Positions 20,672-31,908 of a stretch of DNA of 64,000 nt are shown in pieces. Under the pieces are notes generated by a model. That model was not told the DNA's origin. It saw nothing but the letters and a program-made list of their open reading frames with translations, and did no database searches. The translations under genes were made by a program, and so were the position numbers. Each line of letters opens with the position of its first letter. Within the stretch, counting starts at the first letter, position 1. Origin of the DNA: an uncultured Acidobacteriota bacterium. GTDB lineage: Bacteria; Acidobacteriota; UBA6911; RPQK01; JAPXNP01. The stretch is taken from positions 160,001 through 224,000 of the forward strand of contig CAVZRV010000007.1 in the NCBI GenBank assembly GCA_963777605.1, given 5' to 3'.

Positions 20672-21757
20672 ATGAAGATCGCCATCATCGGATTACCCCA
20701 AAGCGGAAAGACAACCGTCTTCAACGCCCTGACCGGAGGTTCTGCTGAAACCGGGAACTTTTCGAGCGGTAGACTCGAGCCCAACATCGCGTCCGTGAAA
20801 GTGCCGGATGAGCGCGTCTCAGCGCTGAGCCGCCTTTACAATCCGCGCAAGACTACCTTCGCGGAAGTTCAGTACGTCGACATCGGCGGACTGGAGGGAG
20901 CTGGTGAACGGAGGGATACCATTCCGCCCGAGGTCATGACCTACCTGGGGACGGCGGACGCCTTCCTCCATGTCGTTCGGAGCTTCGAAGATGACTCCGT
21001 TCCTCATCCGAAGGGCACCGTTGCTCCCGAGCGGGACCGGGTCGCCCTCGAACAGGAACTGCTCCTCTCGGACCAGGTCGTCGTCGAAAGACGACTGGAG
21101 CGGCTCGGCAAGGAGATCTCCAAGCTTCCGGCCAAGGATCGGGCGATCCGGGAGATGGAATACAAGGTACTGGACCGGTTCCGGGAAGGTCTCGAAGCGG
21201 AGCAGCCGATTCGAGACCTGGACCCACCCACGGCCCAGGAGGAGAAGCTGCTTCGGGGCTTCCAGTTCCTGACTGCCAAGCCGGTTCTCGTCGTTCACAA
21301 CGTCGGCGAGGATCAACTGGGGGACGAACAATCGGGCTCGACAGGGTCGGGGCCGGAAGCCTCGATCACACTGAGTGCCAAGATCGAAGCCGAACTGGCG
21401 CAGTTGAGTCCGGAAGACGCGGCCGAATTCATGGCTGATCTGGGGCTGGAGGAAGCAGCCCGGGATCGCGTCATCTCCGCCTCTTACCAATTGCTGGGAT
21501 TGATCAGCTTCATGACGGTCGGCGAGGACGAAGTCCGAGCCTGGACCATCCGCCAAGCCACCTGCGCGGCCGAGGCCGGAGGAGTGATCCATTCCGACAT
21601 TCAGCGGGGCTTCATCCGTGCTGAAGTCGTTCCCTGGAAAGACCTTCTCGACGCCGGCGGCATGGCCGGGGCCAAGAAGCAGGGCAAGGTCCGCCTGGAA
21701 GGGAAGGATTACCTGATCCAGGACGGCGACGTCAGCCACTTCCTTTTCAATGTCTGA
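20672..21757 (+). CDS. ychF: redox-regulated ATPase YchF
   Basis: GLPQSGKTT, VDIGG, EVRAWTI, AGGVIHSDIQRGFIRAEV, RLEGKDYLIQDGD. Confidence 0.93.
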   Translation: MKIAIIGLPQSGKTTVFNALTGGSAETGNFSSGRLEPNIASVKVPDERVSALSRLYNPRKTTFAEVQYVDIGGLEGAGERRDTIPPEVMTYLGTADAFLHVVRSFEDDSVPHPKGTVAPERDRVALEQELLLSDQVVVERRLERLGKEISKLPAKDRAIREMEYKVLDRFREGLEAEQPIRDLDPPTAQEEKLLRGFQFLTAKPVLVVHNVGEDQLGDEQSGSTGSGPEASITLSAKIEAELAQLSPEDAAEFMADLGLEEAARDRVISASYQLLGLISFMTVGEDEVRAWTIRQATCAAEAGGVIHSDIQRGFIRAEVVPWKDLLDAGGMAGAKKQGKVRLEGKDYLIQDGDVSHFLFNV

Positions 21758-21770
21758 ATGGGGTTCCGGG

Positions 21771-21830
21771 GAGAGTAATCCAGGCATCCTTGCCTGGCGT
21801 GTCCGCCGGGCATCTTGCCCGGCTCAGCCC
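21771..21830. repeat. REP-like double hairpin downstream of ychF
   Basis: GAGTAATCCAGGCATCCTTGCCTGG...CCGGGCATCTTGCCCGG; reverse-complement relative of about 17628-17686. Confidence 0.7.
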
Positions 21831-22264
21831 GACCGTCCACCATTTCAGCGATGAAACCGGAATTGACCCCTGACAGGTTCCACGTTCAATGTTCCAGGTT
21901 CAACGAGGTTTCTACTATTGAACGGCAAGCTTGATGTGTACATGGGCCGGGCCTGCACGGGCCGGTGACCTCCCTCGGCCCCAACTCCCCACGCTGCGAA
22001 ACCATAGCACTCCCGGACCCAGGAACCAGAAACCAGAAAACCCCCACCCCGCCACTTTCGGCCGGTTCCGACATCGTTTTCGCAATATTGCGCGATATTG
22101 CGTTTTATTTCGCTTTTCCGATTCGAGCGTTTCCCCCAGAATTTGAGGGCTAATGCCAAACCACGACGTCCTCCAACACGTTCTCGAATGGAAACTTGGT
22201 CACGATTGTGCGTCGGATCACCAAGCTGAACCGCGAGAATGCCGAAGTAGATAACTGAAAGCCT

Positions 22265-22972
22265 ATGCGCGCACGCGATCGGAGAAAACATCCACGGTAC
22301 GATTTCAATTTCGAAGCGACTGTCAATGAAACGAAGGGGGACAGCGAATTTCCGGCACGGTTTCAGAACTTTTCCCGGGGAGGAGCCTATTTCATTGGGA
22401 AGCAAGCCCTTTCAGCGGGAGACAATGTCGAGATCCGGATGGGAGACGGTCTGCTGATCACCGGAGAAGTGCTCCGTGTCGAGCAACTCTTCGACGATCA
22501 CTTTGGTTTTGCGGTCAAATTCACAACCACCGAAGACTCTTTCAACGGTTCCGATGAAAGTTTAGATCGGCCCAGTGATACCAACGGAGTTCTGGCAGAG
22601 CTCTTCCAGCTCGAATTGCGCACTCTGAACGAACGGGCTTTCGCATACTATCCCCGCCTCGAACGGGTCAGGGCCTACGTAGAGGACAACCTGACGGAGG
22701 AAATCACCCTGGAAGATGCTGCCAATGTCGCAGCCATGGAACGAACCTATTTCAGTTACTTCTTCCGGCAGAAATTGGGAGTTACCTTCAGTGCCTGGCT
22801 CCAGTACCTTCGGGTTTCACGCGCCCTGGTGCTGATTCGCTCGAGGGACCACTCAATCACTGAGGTCGCCTTTGCCGTCGGCTTCAACGAGCTCAGCACC
22901 TTTCAGAAAGCATTCAAGCGCTGGACCAGCCTGACCCCGAGAGATTTCAAGAAACTGGCTCGGCCGGCATAA
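22265..22972 (+). CDS. PilZ-AraC fusion transcription factor (paralog 1)
   Basis: RKHPR (RxxxR) and NFSRGG (D/NxSxxG); C-terminal AraC double HTH ITEVAFAVGFNELSTFQKAFKRWTSLTP. Confidence 0.88.
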   Translation: MRARDRRKHPRYDFNFEATVNETKGDSEFPARFQNFSRGGAYFIGKQALSAGDNVEIRMGDGLLITGEVLRVEQLFDDHFGFAVKFTTTEDSFNGSDESLDRPSDTNGVLAELFQLELRTLNERAFAYYPRLERVRAYVEDNLTEEITLEDAANVAAMERTYFSYFFRQKLGVTFSAWLQYLRVSRALVLIRSRDHSITEVAFAVGFNELSTFQKAFKRWTSLTPRDFKKLARPA

Positions 22973-23047
22973 AAGGCAATCGGACATTCTGTATTCGAGC
23001 CAGAATTAATGACTTGTCATGAGTTTGCCGATCTAATCAGTAACACC

Positions 23048-23737
23048 ATGTCACGCGACAGCCGCAAGTATCCAAGACAGGAGGTCGATCTCAGAGCAAC
23101 GCTCTCGAACAGGAAAGAGCCCTCTGATGACTACGTCAACCTTCGCAACATCAGCCGGGCAGGTGCCTACTTCATCACCGGCCAGAATCTTCGGAAAGGT
23201 GAGGCTATCGAAATCAAGCTCGGCGATGGGCTCAAGGCCTCGGGCCACGTCGTCCGACTGACTCCGCTGTTTGGCGACCGATTTGGAGTTGCGGTCAAGT
23301 TCGAGTCTGTGTCAGAGAATGGCAACGGAGACTTCGAGATCGGCAACTCCGATGCGGTCGGCGAAATATACCAACTCGAACTCAAGGAGTGCAGGGGGGA
23401 GGCCTTCGAGTACTATCCTCGCCTGAAAAGGGTCCAGGACTACGTCATGGCCAATTTCGAGGAGACGATTACCTTGGCCCAGGCGGCGGAAGTCGCCACG
23501 ATGGAGAAGACCTACTTCAGCTTTTTCTTCCACGAAAAGGTCGGCGTAACATTTCGGGATTGGCTCCAGTATCTCCGAATCACCCGCGCCCTCGAGATGA
23601 TGGCCGAACAGGATCACTCCATTACCGAGGTTGCCTTCGCCGTCGGGTTCAACGAACTCAGCACTTTTCAAAAGGCATTCAAACGCTGGACCAGTCTCAC
23701 CCCCCGCGACTTCAAACGCCTGGCCCGCCCGGCGTGA
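23048..23737 (+). CDS. PilZ-AraC fusion transcription factor (paralog 2)
   Basis: RKYPR and NISRAG; same AraC C-terminus; alternative start at 23009. Confidence 0.88.
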   Translation: MSRDSRKYPRQEVDLRATLSNRKEPSDDYVNLRNISRAGAYFITGQNLRKGEAIEIKLGDGLKASGHVVRLTPLFGDRFGVAVKFESVSENGNGDFEIGNSDAVGEIYQLELKECRGEAFEYYPRLKRVQDYVMANFEETITLAQAAEVATMEKTYFSFFFHEKVGVTFRDWLQYLRITRALEMMAEQDHSITEVAFAVGFNELSTFQKAFKRWTSLTPRDFKRLARPA

Positions 23738-24024
23738 CCCTCTACTCGGCCGGCCTCCCCTGACAGGACTGAACATTGCTCTCCAATTCGGGAATTTCAT
23801 CCGGATGCGTTCTCCGGCCCACGGTCAACTCCTACACCTTTAGGCGCCCGAAGCCGTAAAACCTCTTGCAATCTCACCTGTAACCACTTCACAATAGCTG
23901 CAACGTTGGAGGGTGGTGAACCAGTCATCTCGTGTTACTGAGGTGGTTCATATAACTTCTGCTGCCTGTTCGCGATGCGGCGGAGCACTCTTGCCAATGG
24001 TTCACGACTGAGGTTATCGGGCGT

Positions 24025-24711
24025 ATGGGGGACGAGAAACGCAGGGCGGTTCGGTTCGATGTCAGCCTGCCCGCCTGTATCGAAGATATCGATACGGGCA
24101 AGCAAACCGCAATCCGGTTCCAGAATCTGAGCAAGACAGGAGCCTACTTCCTGACTGAATTCCGCATCATCGCGGGCGACTGGGTCGTTATTCAGTTGGG
24201 CGATGGGCTGGTCGTCACGGCCCAGGTTGTCCGCTCGGAAGAACTTTTTCCCGATCAGTTTGGTGTCTCGATCCAATTCGCCCAGAACAACGGCAGGAAC
24301 GAAGTTGGCGACTTTGATGGATCCCATCTCCTGGGGGACATCTACCAGCTTGAACTCCGCGAGATCAACGAGGAAGCGTTCAGCTACTACCCCCGACTGA
24401 AGCGGGTCCGCGATTTTGTGGAATCGCGGTACGGCGAGTCGATCTCCCTCGAAGAAATTTCGGGCGTCGCCGCCATGGAGAAGACCTATTTCAGTTACTT
24501 CTTCCACCAGAAGATCGGCGTCACGTTTTGCGTCTGGCTTCAATACGTCCGGATCAAGAAGGCCCTGGAACTCATCAAAGCAAGGGATCGAACCATCACC
24601 GAAGTCGCCTTCGAGGTCGGCTTCAACGAAATCAGCACCTTCCAGAAAGCCTTCAAACGCTGGACCAGCCTGACCCCAAGAGACTTCAAGAAAATCACCC
24701 GCCCGTCGTAG
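24025..24711 (+). CDS. PilZ-AraC fusion transcription factor (paralog 3)
   Basis: RRAVR and NLSKTG; same AraC C-terminus. Confidence 0.88.
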   Translation: MGDEKRRAVRFDVSLPACIEDIDTGKQTAIRFQNLSKTGAYFLTEFRIIAGDWVVIQLGDGLVVTAQVVRSEELFPDQFGVSIQFAQNNGRNEVGDFDGSHLLGDIYQLELREINEEAFSYYPRLKRVRDFVESRYGESISLEEISGVAAMEKTYFSYFFHQKIGVTFCVWLQYVRIKKALELIKARDRTITEVAFEVGFNEISTFQKAFKRWTSLTPRDFKKITRPS

Positions 24712-24717
24712 GATACC

Positions 24718-24872
24718 GTAGGACAACCTTCCAGGTTGTCGCGTAAACGGAGCCGCCGGCCCCGGCATAGTGCGGGGCTGACCACTGTTTCGGGTGTTGA
24801 TGGTCGGAGTTGACGGTCACTTTGCCAGGACTGACAACTACGATCCCGAGACAACCTGGAAGGTTGTCCTAC
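24718..24872. repeat. REPIN (inverted REP doublet), left flank of RAYT
   Basis: GTAGGACAACCTTCCAGGTTGTC at 24718-24740 and its exact reverse complement at 24850-24872. Confidence 0.9.
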
Positions 24873-24878
24873 GGTGTG

Positions 24879-25511
24879 CTACGAGACAAGGCCGATTCCG
24901 GTCACCAGCGTGAACTCACCTTCGTGCAGCCCCGCGTTTACTGGATTGCCCCTGATGTACTGCCTTACTCGTTCAAGTTCCGCCCAGTCCCGGACAATTC
25001 GATCGAAGCTCTCGTGAAACCAGAACAGCCCACTCTGTCCCAATAGTTCGTTGACCCGTAATGCGGTGAACGACTTCCAGCTATGGAGAATCTCCTTCAA
25101 TCGCCATCCTTTGATCGGTTTGAAAAGCGTGTGAACGTGATTCGGCATGACCACCGACTCATCCAAAGAGTACCGAATTCCGTCGAAGTAGAGCAGCGCC
25201 TCTTCCACAACCTGCGAGCTTTCACGCCACCGAAGCGGACAGGCGCCCTCCTGCTGGTCAAGCCATCCATCGAGCTTGTGGAACATGAGTCGGCAATAGT
25301 CATCATAGTCACCGTCGCTCCAAGGTGGAGGATGGAAACGACGCCAGAGCTCACGCTCCTTCTCAAGGGATTCCAGACGCTCGACAGGCAGCGAATCCGC
25401 CGTCCGAAACGTCACGAAGTACGTGGCACCATCCTGTTCCCAGTGAGGAAGGTGGCGATACGACGTTCGAACCGGTTCCTCCGGATCGAACGGCCTGAAC
25501 TGGTTCTCCAT
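24879..25511 (-). mobile_element. REP-associated tyrosine transposase (RAYT, HUH/Y1 superfamily)
   Basis: RHLPHW, YFVTFRTADSLP, VVMPNHVH (HUH), WKSFTA, FWFHESFDRIVRD, YIRGNP; flanked by REPs. Confidence 0.9.
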
Positions 25512-25554
25512 ACCATCAATAACGTCGAACCAGCAAAATCCACGGAAAATAAAC

Positions 25555-25690
25555 GTAGGACAACCTTCCAGGTTGTCGCGTGGGCATGGCACAACCCACG
25601 TCGATCCAGGCATACCAGAATCGCGGGTTGACGGTCACTTTGCCAGGACTGGCAACTGCGATCCCGAGACAACCTGGAAGGTTGTCCTAC
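25555..25690. repeat. REPIN, right flank of RAYT
   Basis: Same 23-bp REP at 25555-25577 and inverted at 25668-25690; 25627-25690 matches 24809-24872 with 2 mismatches in 64 bp. Confidence 0.9.
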
Positions 25691-27505
25691 CTTGCTGCAA
25701 GATTGATTTGTCGTCGGCGAGAGACAGGCGGAGTCGGTTCTCTTCGGCCACCTCGGAAGGCCAGTGCCAACAGCAGCAGGCAAAAGAGGCCGTACAGTTG
25801 AAGGAACCGGGGGAAGTAGACGACCAACCACCCGGGCACTCCGGACGTGGGCACGGGAGCTCCCGAGCGAGGGCTCACCACATAACCGGCAAACGATGGA
25901 TCGTCCTCAGCCGGTACAGCTTCCGAAACCATCACAGGGGTATCCGCCTTTTCAGCGAGTTCTGGTTTGGAAGGCGCAGGACTCGCTTCGACGGCCTCGG
26001 CCCCATTATCGGTGACCCAAAACCGCAGCACCGATGCCGCAGCAGGCGTCCTCGAGACAGGAACCTCCACCGATTCAGGAGACTGACCTCGCGGTTCACC
26101 AGGCTCATTCACAGGGGTCCGGCTGACATCAATACGCCCCTTCCGATCGATCGTAACCACCCGGACATCTTCGGAGCCAGCCTCAACCGCAGACCGCCGC
26201 GCGAGTCGGACAAGGTCGCTCGCACCAGTCTGACCAGCCTTGTCCTGGATTTCGCCCCCACCCTGACGACTCTCTGCTCCGATCACGGCCACGGGAGCAA
26301 TCGCCTCGAACCGAGGCTCCGCCACCGGCATGCTTAGACCGTTCGCCAATTGTGAAGTCGTTGAGGAAATTCAAGAGCCGGTTCACTATCCAGCGCCAAC
26401 TCGATTGAGGAGTTAACTGCCCGGTCAGCTTCGCGTAGCCATCCGGCGATCTGACCAGGCTGGCCCGAACTTCCGTCTCGAGATCGACGGCAGCGCCCAA
26501 ACTGGGCGCGGGAGGAGGATTCGCATCCCGAGCCTTTTCCGCGGCCATCTGAACTGCCTCACCGAAGGGGCGCAAAAAGACTACGGCGGGGGGCGGCACG
26601 TGAGAATCGGCCTCGGACAAGCTCAACCGGGCCGGCGCGTTCTGCGGATCCAGTTGGAGCGCGACCAGAAAGGCCCGCTGAGCATCAGGCCAGCGCCGCT
26701 CGCCGGAATAGAGGTCGCCGATGCGGTTCCACGCTTCAGAGGGCGGCATCAATCGCTCAAGTTCTTCGAGAGCCCGGTTTTCGTCGCCTGATAGAAGCGT
26801 AGCGATCGCAAATGCCTCACGGGCATCTCGATTTTCAGGCTCAACCTCCAGTACCCGCTCCAGCACTCCTTGAGCCTGGCCATAATCGCGCAATCGGTTC
26901 AACGTAAAACCCAGTCGTGTCATGATGCGGACATTACCAGGGTGGCGATGAAGGGCCCCGAACAGCACGTCGCGGGCCTCTGCGTCATTTCCCGCCTCCG
27001 AATAGGCTTCAGCCAGGAAAAGCCAGTAATTCGCCACCCCTGGATCCAGTTCGAGCGCCGCCTGGATCTGCTCGACGGCCTTGAAGCTGTTCCCCAACTC
27101 GAGCCAGGTCTGTGCCAACCCGTAATGCGCTGAAGCAGAGTCAGGAATTTCCTCGAGAACCGCCTCGAATTCAGCCGCCGCCGGCCACAACAAGCCCGTC
27201 TCCCTTAACCGGTTTGCACGAGCAAGTCTTTGGCCAACAGAAGCGTTTTCGGCATTCAACGGAAAAGGGGCGTTCAGGTCAGGACCGGCAATCTCTCCAG
27301 CCCGCAGGTAGTTTTCAGCCGACGTCCGAAAGACCCCTCGAATCGAATCAGAGAGGTTCCCGGGCTTCGCCGGCCCATATACCTGCTTGCCGACCAACGG
27401 CTGGTGGACAGCGACCTGGCGTTGAGTACAGCCGAACAGGACGAGATTGGCACCGCAAGCTACGACCACGAGCCGTTTGCAGAGTGTCCCGCCACATCCG
27501 TTCAC
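25687..27505 (-). CDS. TPR lipoprotein, TadD-like, with Pro-rich tail and C-terminal TM segment; apparent frameshift near 26350 (or two genes)
   Basis: LVLFGC lipobox-like segment and multiple TPRs in ORF 26183-27505; plausible sequence continues in ORF 25687-26349. Confidence 0.65.
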
Positions 27506-28434
27506 TGTCCTCCCCCCATCGCTCCCAGCAGATTCTTGTAAATCGCCAGGATCGCCGGACCCGCCAGGACCACGAGGATCGCCGGGAAAACAAAGAGAAT
27601 CAGCGGGAACACCATCTTGACCGCGAGCTTCGCCGCAATCTCTTCCGCCCGCTGTCTCCGCTTGATGCGGAGATCGTCGGCAAAGACCCGTAGGGTCTGC
27701 CCTACGCTGGTCCCGAACCGGTCGGCCTGGATGAGGACCGCGGCAAAGGATCTCAGTTCATCCACGCCGGTGCGGGCGGCCAGGTTTCTCAAGGCCTCGG
27801 CGCGGGTCCGGCCGGCGTTGACCTCGAGGCCGTACAGTCGCAACTCGTCGCCCAGGTCGGGGTGGGGCAGGCTGATCTCGCGGCCGACCCGCTGGATGGT
27901 CTGGTCGAGCCCCATTCCCGATTCGACACAGACCACCGACAGGTCCATGAAATCAGGGAGGCCCCACTCGATCCTCTGCTTACGCCCTCGAATTTTCCAG
28001 CTGAGCCAGAGCCCCGGCAATATCATCCCGATCACGATCGCCCCGAGAAGGCTCAACAGGAAGTAGGTCCAGAGAAGGCCGGTAACAGCGGCCAGCGCGA
28101 GGGCCGCGAGAGCAAGGAGCACCCTGCGCTCCCCAGAAGACGAAGACGGCATCCCGGTTCCGATAACCCGGCCTGAACGAGCTGTTTCTCCTCCTTGGAC
28201 AGGTCGTCGGGCGGCCTCGGGATCATCTGCCCGATGGGGCGTGCCACCGCCTTGAACCGCTCACCCACATCGGACCAATTCCAGCCGCCGACCCTTCTTT
28301 TCCTCCTCGGAGAGACGCCGCTCGAGGCGAAGCCGCGGCCGGATGAGGACGTAGAGCAGCGCGAAAAGACCTGCCGAGAAGAGCAGAAAAAGCAAGGCGA
28401 TCAACAATGCGGTCGGAACCGGTAATCCACTCAT
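27502..28434 (-). CDS. tadC: Tad pilus inner-membrane protein TadC (frameshifted in this sequence)
   Basis: LPDFMDLSVVCVESGMGLDQ, QADRFGTS, RRQRAEEIAAKLAVKMVFPL; ATG overlaps the tadB stop; N-terminus split across frames. Confidence 0.85.
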
Positions 28435-29400
28435 ACTTTCAAATTCACCAGGCGACGAATGACGAGATATCCCAAAATCTGGAGAACAGCGGCAACCTCC
28501 AGCATCCGGAGTGCCGTCCGGATCGGTGAACAGCCGTCCAATGTACCCGGGTTCAAAAAGTAGATCGCCACAACCAGAAACGGGGGCAGAGCAAGGAGGA
28601 CGTACATCGACATCTTGCCCTCCGCCGCGTAAATGCGGACCTGCTGCAGGAGCCGGAAGCGCTCGCGAACGATGGCCGCCAGTTTGTCCAGAACTTCGGC
28701 CAGGTTTCCGCCCGATTCACTCTGGATCTGCAGCGTGGAGACGAAAATCCTCACGTCAGGCAGGGGAACCCGGACGCTCAAGTTGTTGAGCGCATCTCTC
28801 AGGGGCAGGCCCAGGTTTTGCTGCTCGTAAGTCTTGCGAAACTCCTGGGCGATCGGATCGGGCATCTCGTCGGCGATCACGAGCAGGCCCGAGGTGAACG
28901 CATAGCCCGCGCGAACCGCTCTCGAAAGGATGTCCAGGGCGTCGGGCAACTGGCGCTCGAACTGGTTGAGCCTCCGGTATCGCTTGTACGCCAGGCGAAT
29001 TGACGGGATCGAGGCAAGCATCGCGATGAGCAGCAGGGCAATGACGATCGGCAACCCTGAGCAGAAGCGCAACCAGAAGCCCCGCGAGGGTCAGAATGAG
29101 GGAGACGGTCATCCAGTAGGCCGCACTCTTGCGGGTCCCGGACTGGGCCACGAAGAGCTGAAACCGCCGGGTCAGCAGAGTCTCGGAAACCAGCCGATTC
29201 AGGAAGGTCTGATCGGCCTGCTGAAACCCCTCGCTCGCCCCCTGCAACTCCGCCCCGCCCAATGCCCACTCGGGAAGGGATTCGAGGCGGCGACGGACCT
29301 CTTTGCGCCGGGAGGGCACGACTATAAGAATGTAGAGGAAGCTGGAGACCAGCAGAAGGAGGCAGACGAACAGAAGGATCAGGATCGTGGGCGTGCTCAT
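28431..29400 (-). CDS. tadB: Tad pilus inner-membrane protein TadB (frameshift near 29060)
   Basis: [40 protein letters not shown]. Confidence 0.85.
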
Positions 29401-30701
29401 CCGATGACCTCGCGGTAGCCGTGCACGGCGAACATCTCGGCCGGAAGCTGAATGCCGGCAGCCTGGAGCTTCTCCGTGAACCGGGGCCGAACGCCGGTGG
29501 CCGTAAACTGGCCCCGAACGCGCCCCTTTTCGTCGAAGCCGGCCCGCTTGAAGACAAACAGCTCCTGCATCGTCACAACCGGCCCCTCCATCCCGGTAAT
29601 CTCGGAGATATTGGTGATCCGCCTGGACCCGTCGGAAAGCCGGCTGATCTGGATGACCAGTTCAATCGCCGAGGCGATCTGCTGGCGGATTGCCTTGTCG
29701 GGCAACTGGAGGGCCGCCATGGAAACCATCGTCTCGAGTCGCGCCAGGGCGTCACGGGGCGAATTGGAGTGGATCGTGGTCAGCGAACCCTCGTGGCCCG
29801 TGTTCATGGCCTGGAGCATGTCGAGGGCCTCGGAACCCCGAACCTCGCCGACGATGATCCGGTCGGGGCGCATCCGGAGTGCATTGATCACCAACTCGCG
29901 CTGGCGGACGGCGCCCTTTCCCTCCACGTTCGGGGGCCGGGTCTCGAGACGAACCACGTGCTCCTGGCGGAGTTGCAGTTCGGCGGCGTCCTCGATCGTG
30001 ACGATCCGCTCTTTGTTAGGGATCGACGCCGAAAGCACGTTCAAGAGTGTGGTCTTGCCAGCGCCGGTCCCACCCGAGATGAGGACGTTCAACTTGGCCT
30101 GGACCGACGCCTGGAGGAGCTCCAACATTGGAGCCGTCACCGTCTGGTTGTGAAGCAGATCGGAGGCCCGCAACGGATCGATGCCGAACCGCCGGATCGA
30201 GAGGACCGGCCCGTCCAAGGCCAGGGGCGGAATGATGGCGTTGACCCGGGAACCGTCGGGAAGCCGGGCATCGACCATGGGAGACGATTCGTCCACGCGC
30301 CGGCCGACGCGGGCCACGATCCGGTCGATGATCCGCTTCAGATGCTGGTCGTCGTTGAACTGGATCGCCGTCTTCTCGAGCAGGCCTCGCCGCTCGATGT
30401 AAACCGACCCGTAGCCGTTGACCAGGATGTCCGAGATCGACGGGTCGCCCAGGAGAGGCTCCAGCGGCCCCAGGCCGAAAAGCTCGTCGGTGATTTCCTT
30501 GGTGACCCGCTCGCGCTCCGACGAGGTCAGCGGCGCATTGTCCCGCTCCAGGGTCAGCCGAATGATCCGTCGGGTCTCCTGGAGTGCGGTCTCCCGCTTC
30601 ATCTTGTCGAGTTGTTCCAGGTCGATCTCCTCCACGACTCGATGGTGGAGTTCCTGCTTGATCCGCTGAATTTCCGATAATGCTGTTTGCTGCTCGCTCA
30701 A
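29397..30701 (-). CDS. cpaF: Tad pilus assembly ATPase TadA/CpaF
   Basis: [55 protein letters not shown]; intact frame. Confidence 0.95.
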   Translation of the reverse strand: MSEQQTALSEIQRIKQELHHRVVEEIDLEQLDKMKRETALQETRRIIRLTLERDNAPLTSSERERVTKEITDELFGLGPLEPLLGDPSISDILVNGYGSVYIERRGLLEKTAIQFNDDQHLKRIIDRIVARVGRRVDESSPMVDARLPDGSRVNAIIPPLALDGPVLSIRRFGIDPLRASDLLHNQTVTAPMLELLQASVQAKLNVLISGGTGAGKTTLLNVLSASIPNKERIVTIEDAAELQLRQEHVVRLETRPPNVEGKGAVRQRELVINALRMRPDRIIVGEVRGSEALDMLQAMNTGHEGSLTTIHSNSPRDALARLETMVSMAALQLPDKAIRQQIASAIELVIQISRLSDGSRRITNISEITGMEGPVVTMQELFVFKRAGFDEKGRVRGQFTATGVRPRFTEKLQAAGIQLPAEMFAVHGYREVIG

Positions 30702-30715
30702 ATAAGCGTCCTCTC

Positions 30716-31888
30716 CTACGAAAAAAGCCCCAGCAATCCCTTTCTCTTTTTGGCCTTCTTGAGTCCGGTCAGGGCTTCGGCCAGGCCCAGGTAGCTCTGG
30801 GCCAGGTTGGAGTGGTTGACCTCGACGACTGCTCGGCCGGCATTGAGGGCCTGAATCGTGGACCGGTAGTTGTTCGGCACCTGCCAGAAGATCTTCTTCT
30901 TCAATGTCTTCTCAATATCTCCGGAACTGATATCCCCGCCCGACTGCGCCCTATTCAAAAGAAGCTTCAGCTTGGGATCGAGCCCCCCCTGCTCCAGGAA
31001 CTGGATCAGGTGCAGGGTCCTCCAGACCGCGGGGATCTCCGCCGTGAGAACCACCAGGACCTCGTCGGCCCGCTCGACCGCCGTCTGAAGGATCTCTTCG
31101 CTGATCGCCCCGGAAAGGTCGAGGACCGAGTGGGAGAAGGACTCGGACAGCACGCTGATCAACCGGGAGACCGACTGCAATGCCGACTCGGGCGAGGGCT
31201 CGATCCGGGCCTGACCCGCCAGGACATGAATTCCCGCCTTGGTCGTCATGAAGGTCTCGAGCAGGACCGGATCGAGCCGGGAGGCCGCCTTCAGGGCGTC
31301 GTTCAAGGTGTACTTGGGCTTGAGGCCCAGGTAGGCGGCCACGTCCCCCAGGGGATGGCTCAGGTCGGCCAGGGCAACCCGGGTGCCGGGCAATTCCCCC
31401 GCGGAGGCCGCCAGGTTGATCGCCACCGACGTCGACCCGCACCCTCCCTTGGCCGAGGTGACCGCATAGACCTTTCCGGCCTTTCTCTGCTTCTTCGGGT
31501 TCTCGGCCAGGTACCGTTCAAAGGCCTGCCGGACCGTATCGGGCGAAACCGGCTGGGTCAGAAACTCCCGCGCCCCGGCCCGAACGGCCTCGATCACCGA
31601 CTGGGCGTCGGTTGCCCTCTCCACGGCGAAAATCCAGGCCGCCGGCAAATCCTGCCGGAGGTGCCCGATCAAGGCCAGCAACAAGAGTGGCGCCGTCTCG
31701 GCCTCGACCAGGACGATCTCGGGTTGGGACTGTCTGAATTCGGCCCGGGCGGCACCCCCCCGAAAGGTCTGGCCGTCCGACTGGCCAACCACGATGGCCC
31801 CCTCAGGGAAGCACCGGGACAGCATCGCCCGGCTCGCCGGGCCGGGCGCGATCAGGCCGACTTTCGAGGACCGAGGAGAGGGCTTCAC
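30716..31888 (-). CDS. cpaE: CpaE/TadZ pilus localisation protein (pseudo-receiver domain plus MinD-like ATPase)
   Basis: [10 protein letters not shown]; [14 protein letters not shown]; LLLNR; VPNNY. Confidence 0.85.
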   Translation of the reverse strand: MKPSPRSSKVGLIAPGPASRAMLSRCFPEGAIVVGQSDGQTFRGGAARAEFRQSQPEIVLVEAETAPLLLLALIGHLRQDLPAAWIFAVERATDAQSVIEAVRAGAREFLTQPVSPDTVRQAFERYLAENPKKQRKAGKVYAVTSAKGGCGSTSVAINLAASAGELPGTRVALADLSHPLGDVAAYLGLKPKYTLNDALKAASRLDPVLLETFMTTKAGIHVLAGQARIEPSPESALQSVSRLISVLSESFSHSVLDLSGAISEEILQTAVERADEVLVVLTAEIPAVWRTLHLIQFLEQGGLDPKLKLLLNRAQSGGDISSGDIEKTLKKKIFWQVPNNYRSTIQALNAGRAVVEVNHSNLAQSYLGLAEALTGLKKAKKRKGLLGLFS

Positions 31889-31908
31889 TCATGGCCGTCC
31901 ACCTGGGT

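Noticed and set aside
22198-22212. sigma54 promoter for PilZ-AraC paralog 1 (TGGTCACGATTGTGC)
   Set aside because: GG-N10-GC spacing fits, but the flanking consensus positions match poorly and could arise by chance
21845-22405. 186-aa minus-strand ORF upstream of the triad
   Set aside because: It overlaps paralog 1 in antisense and runs through simple repeats; composition is not protein-like
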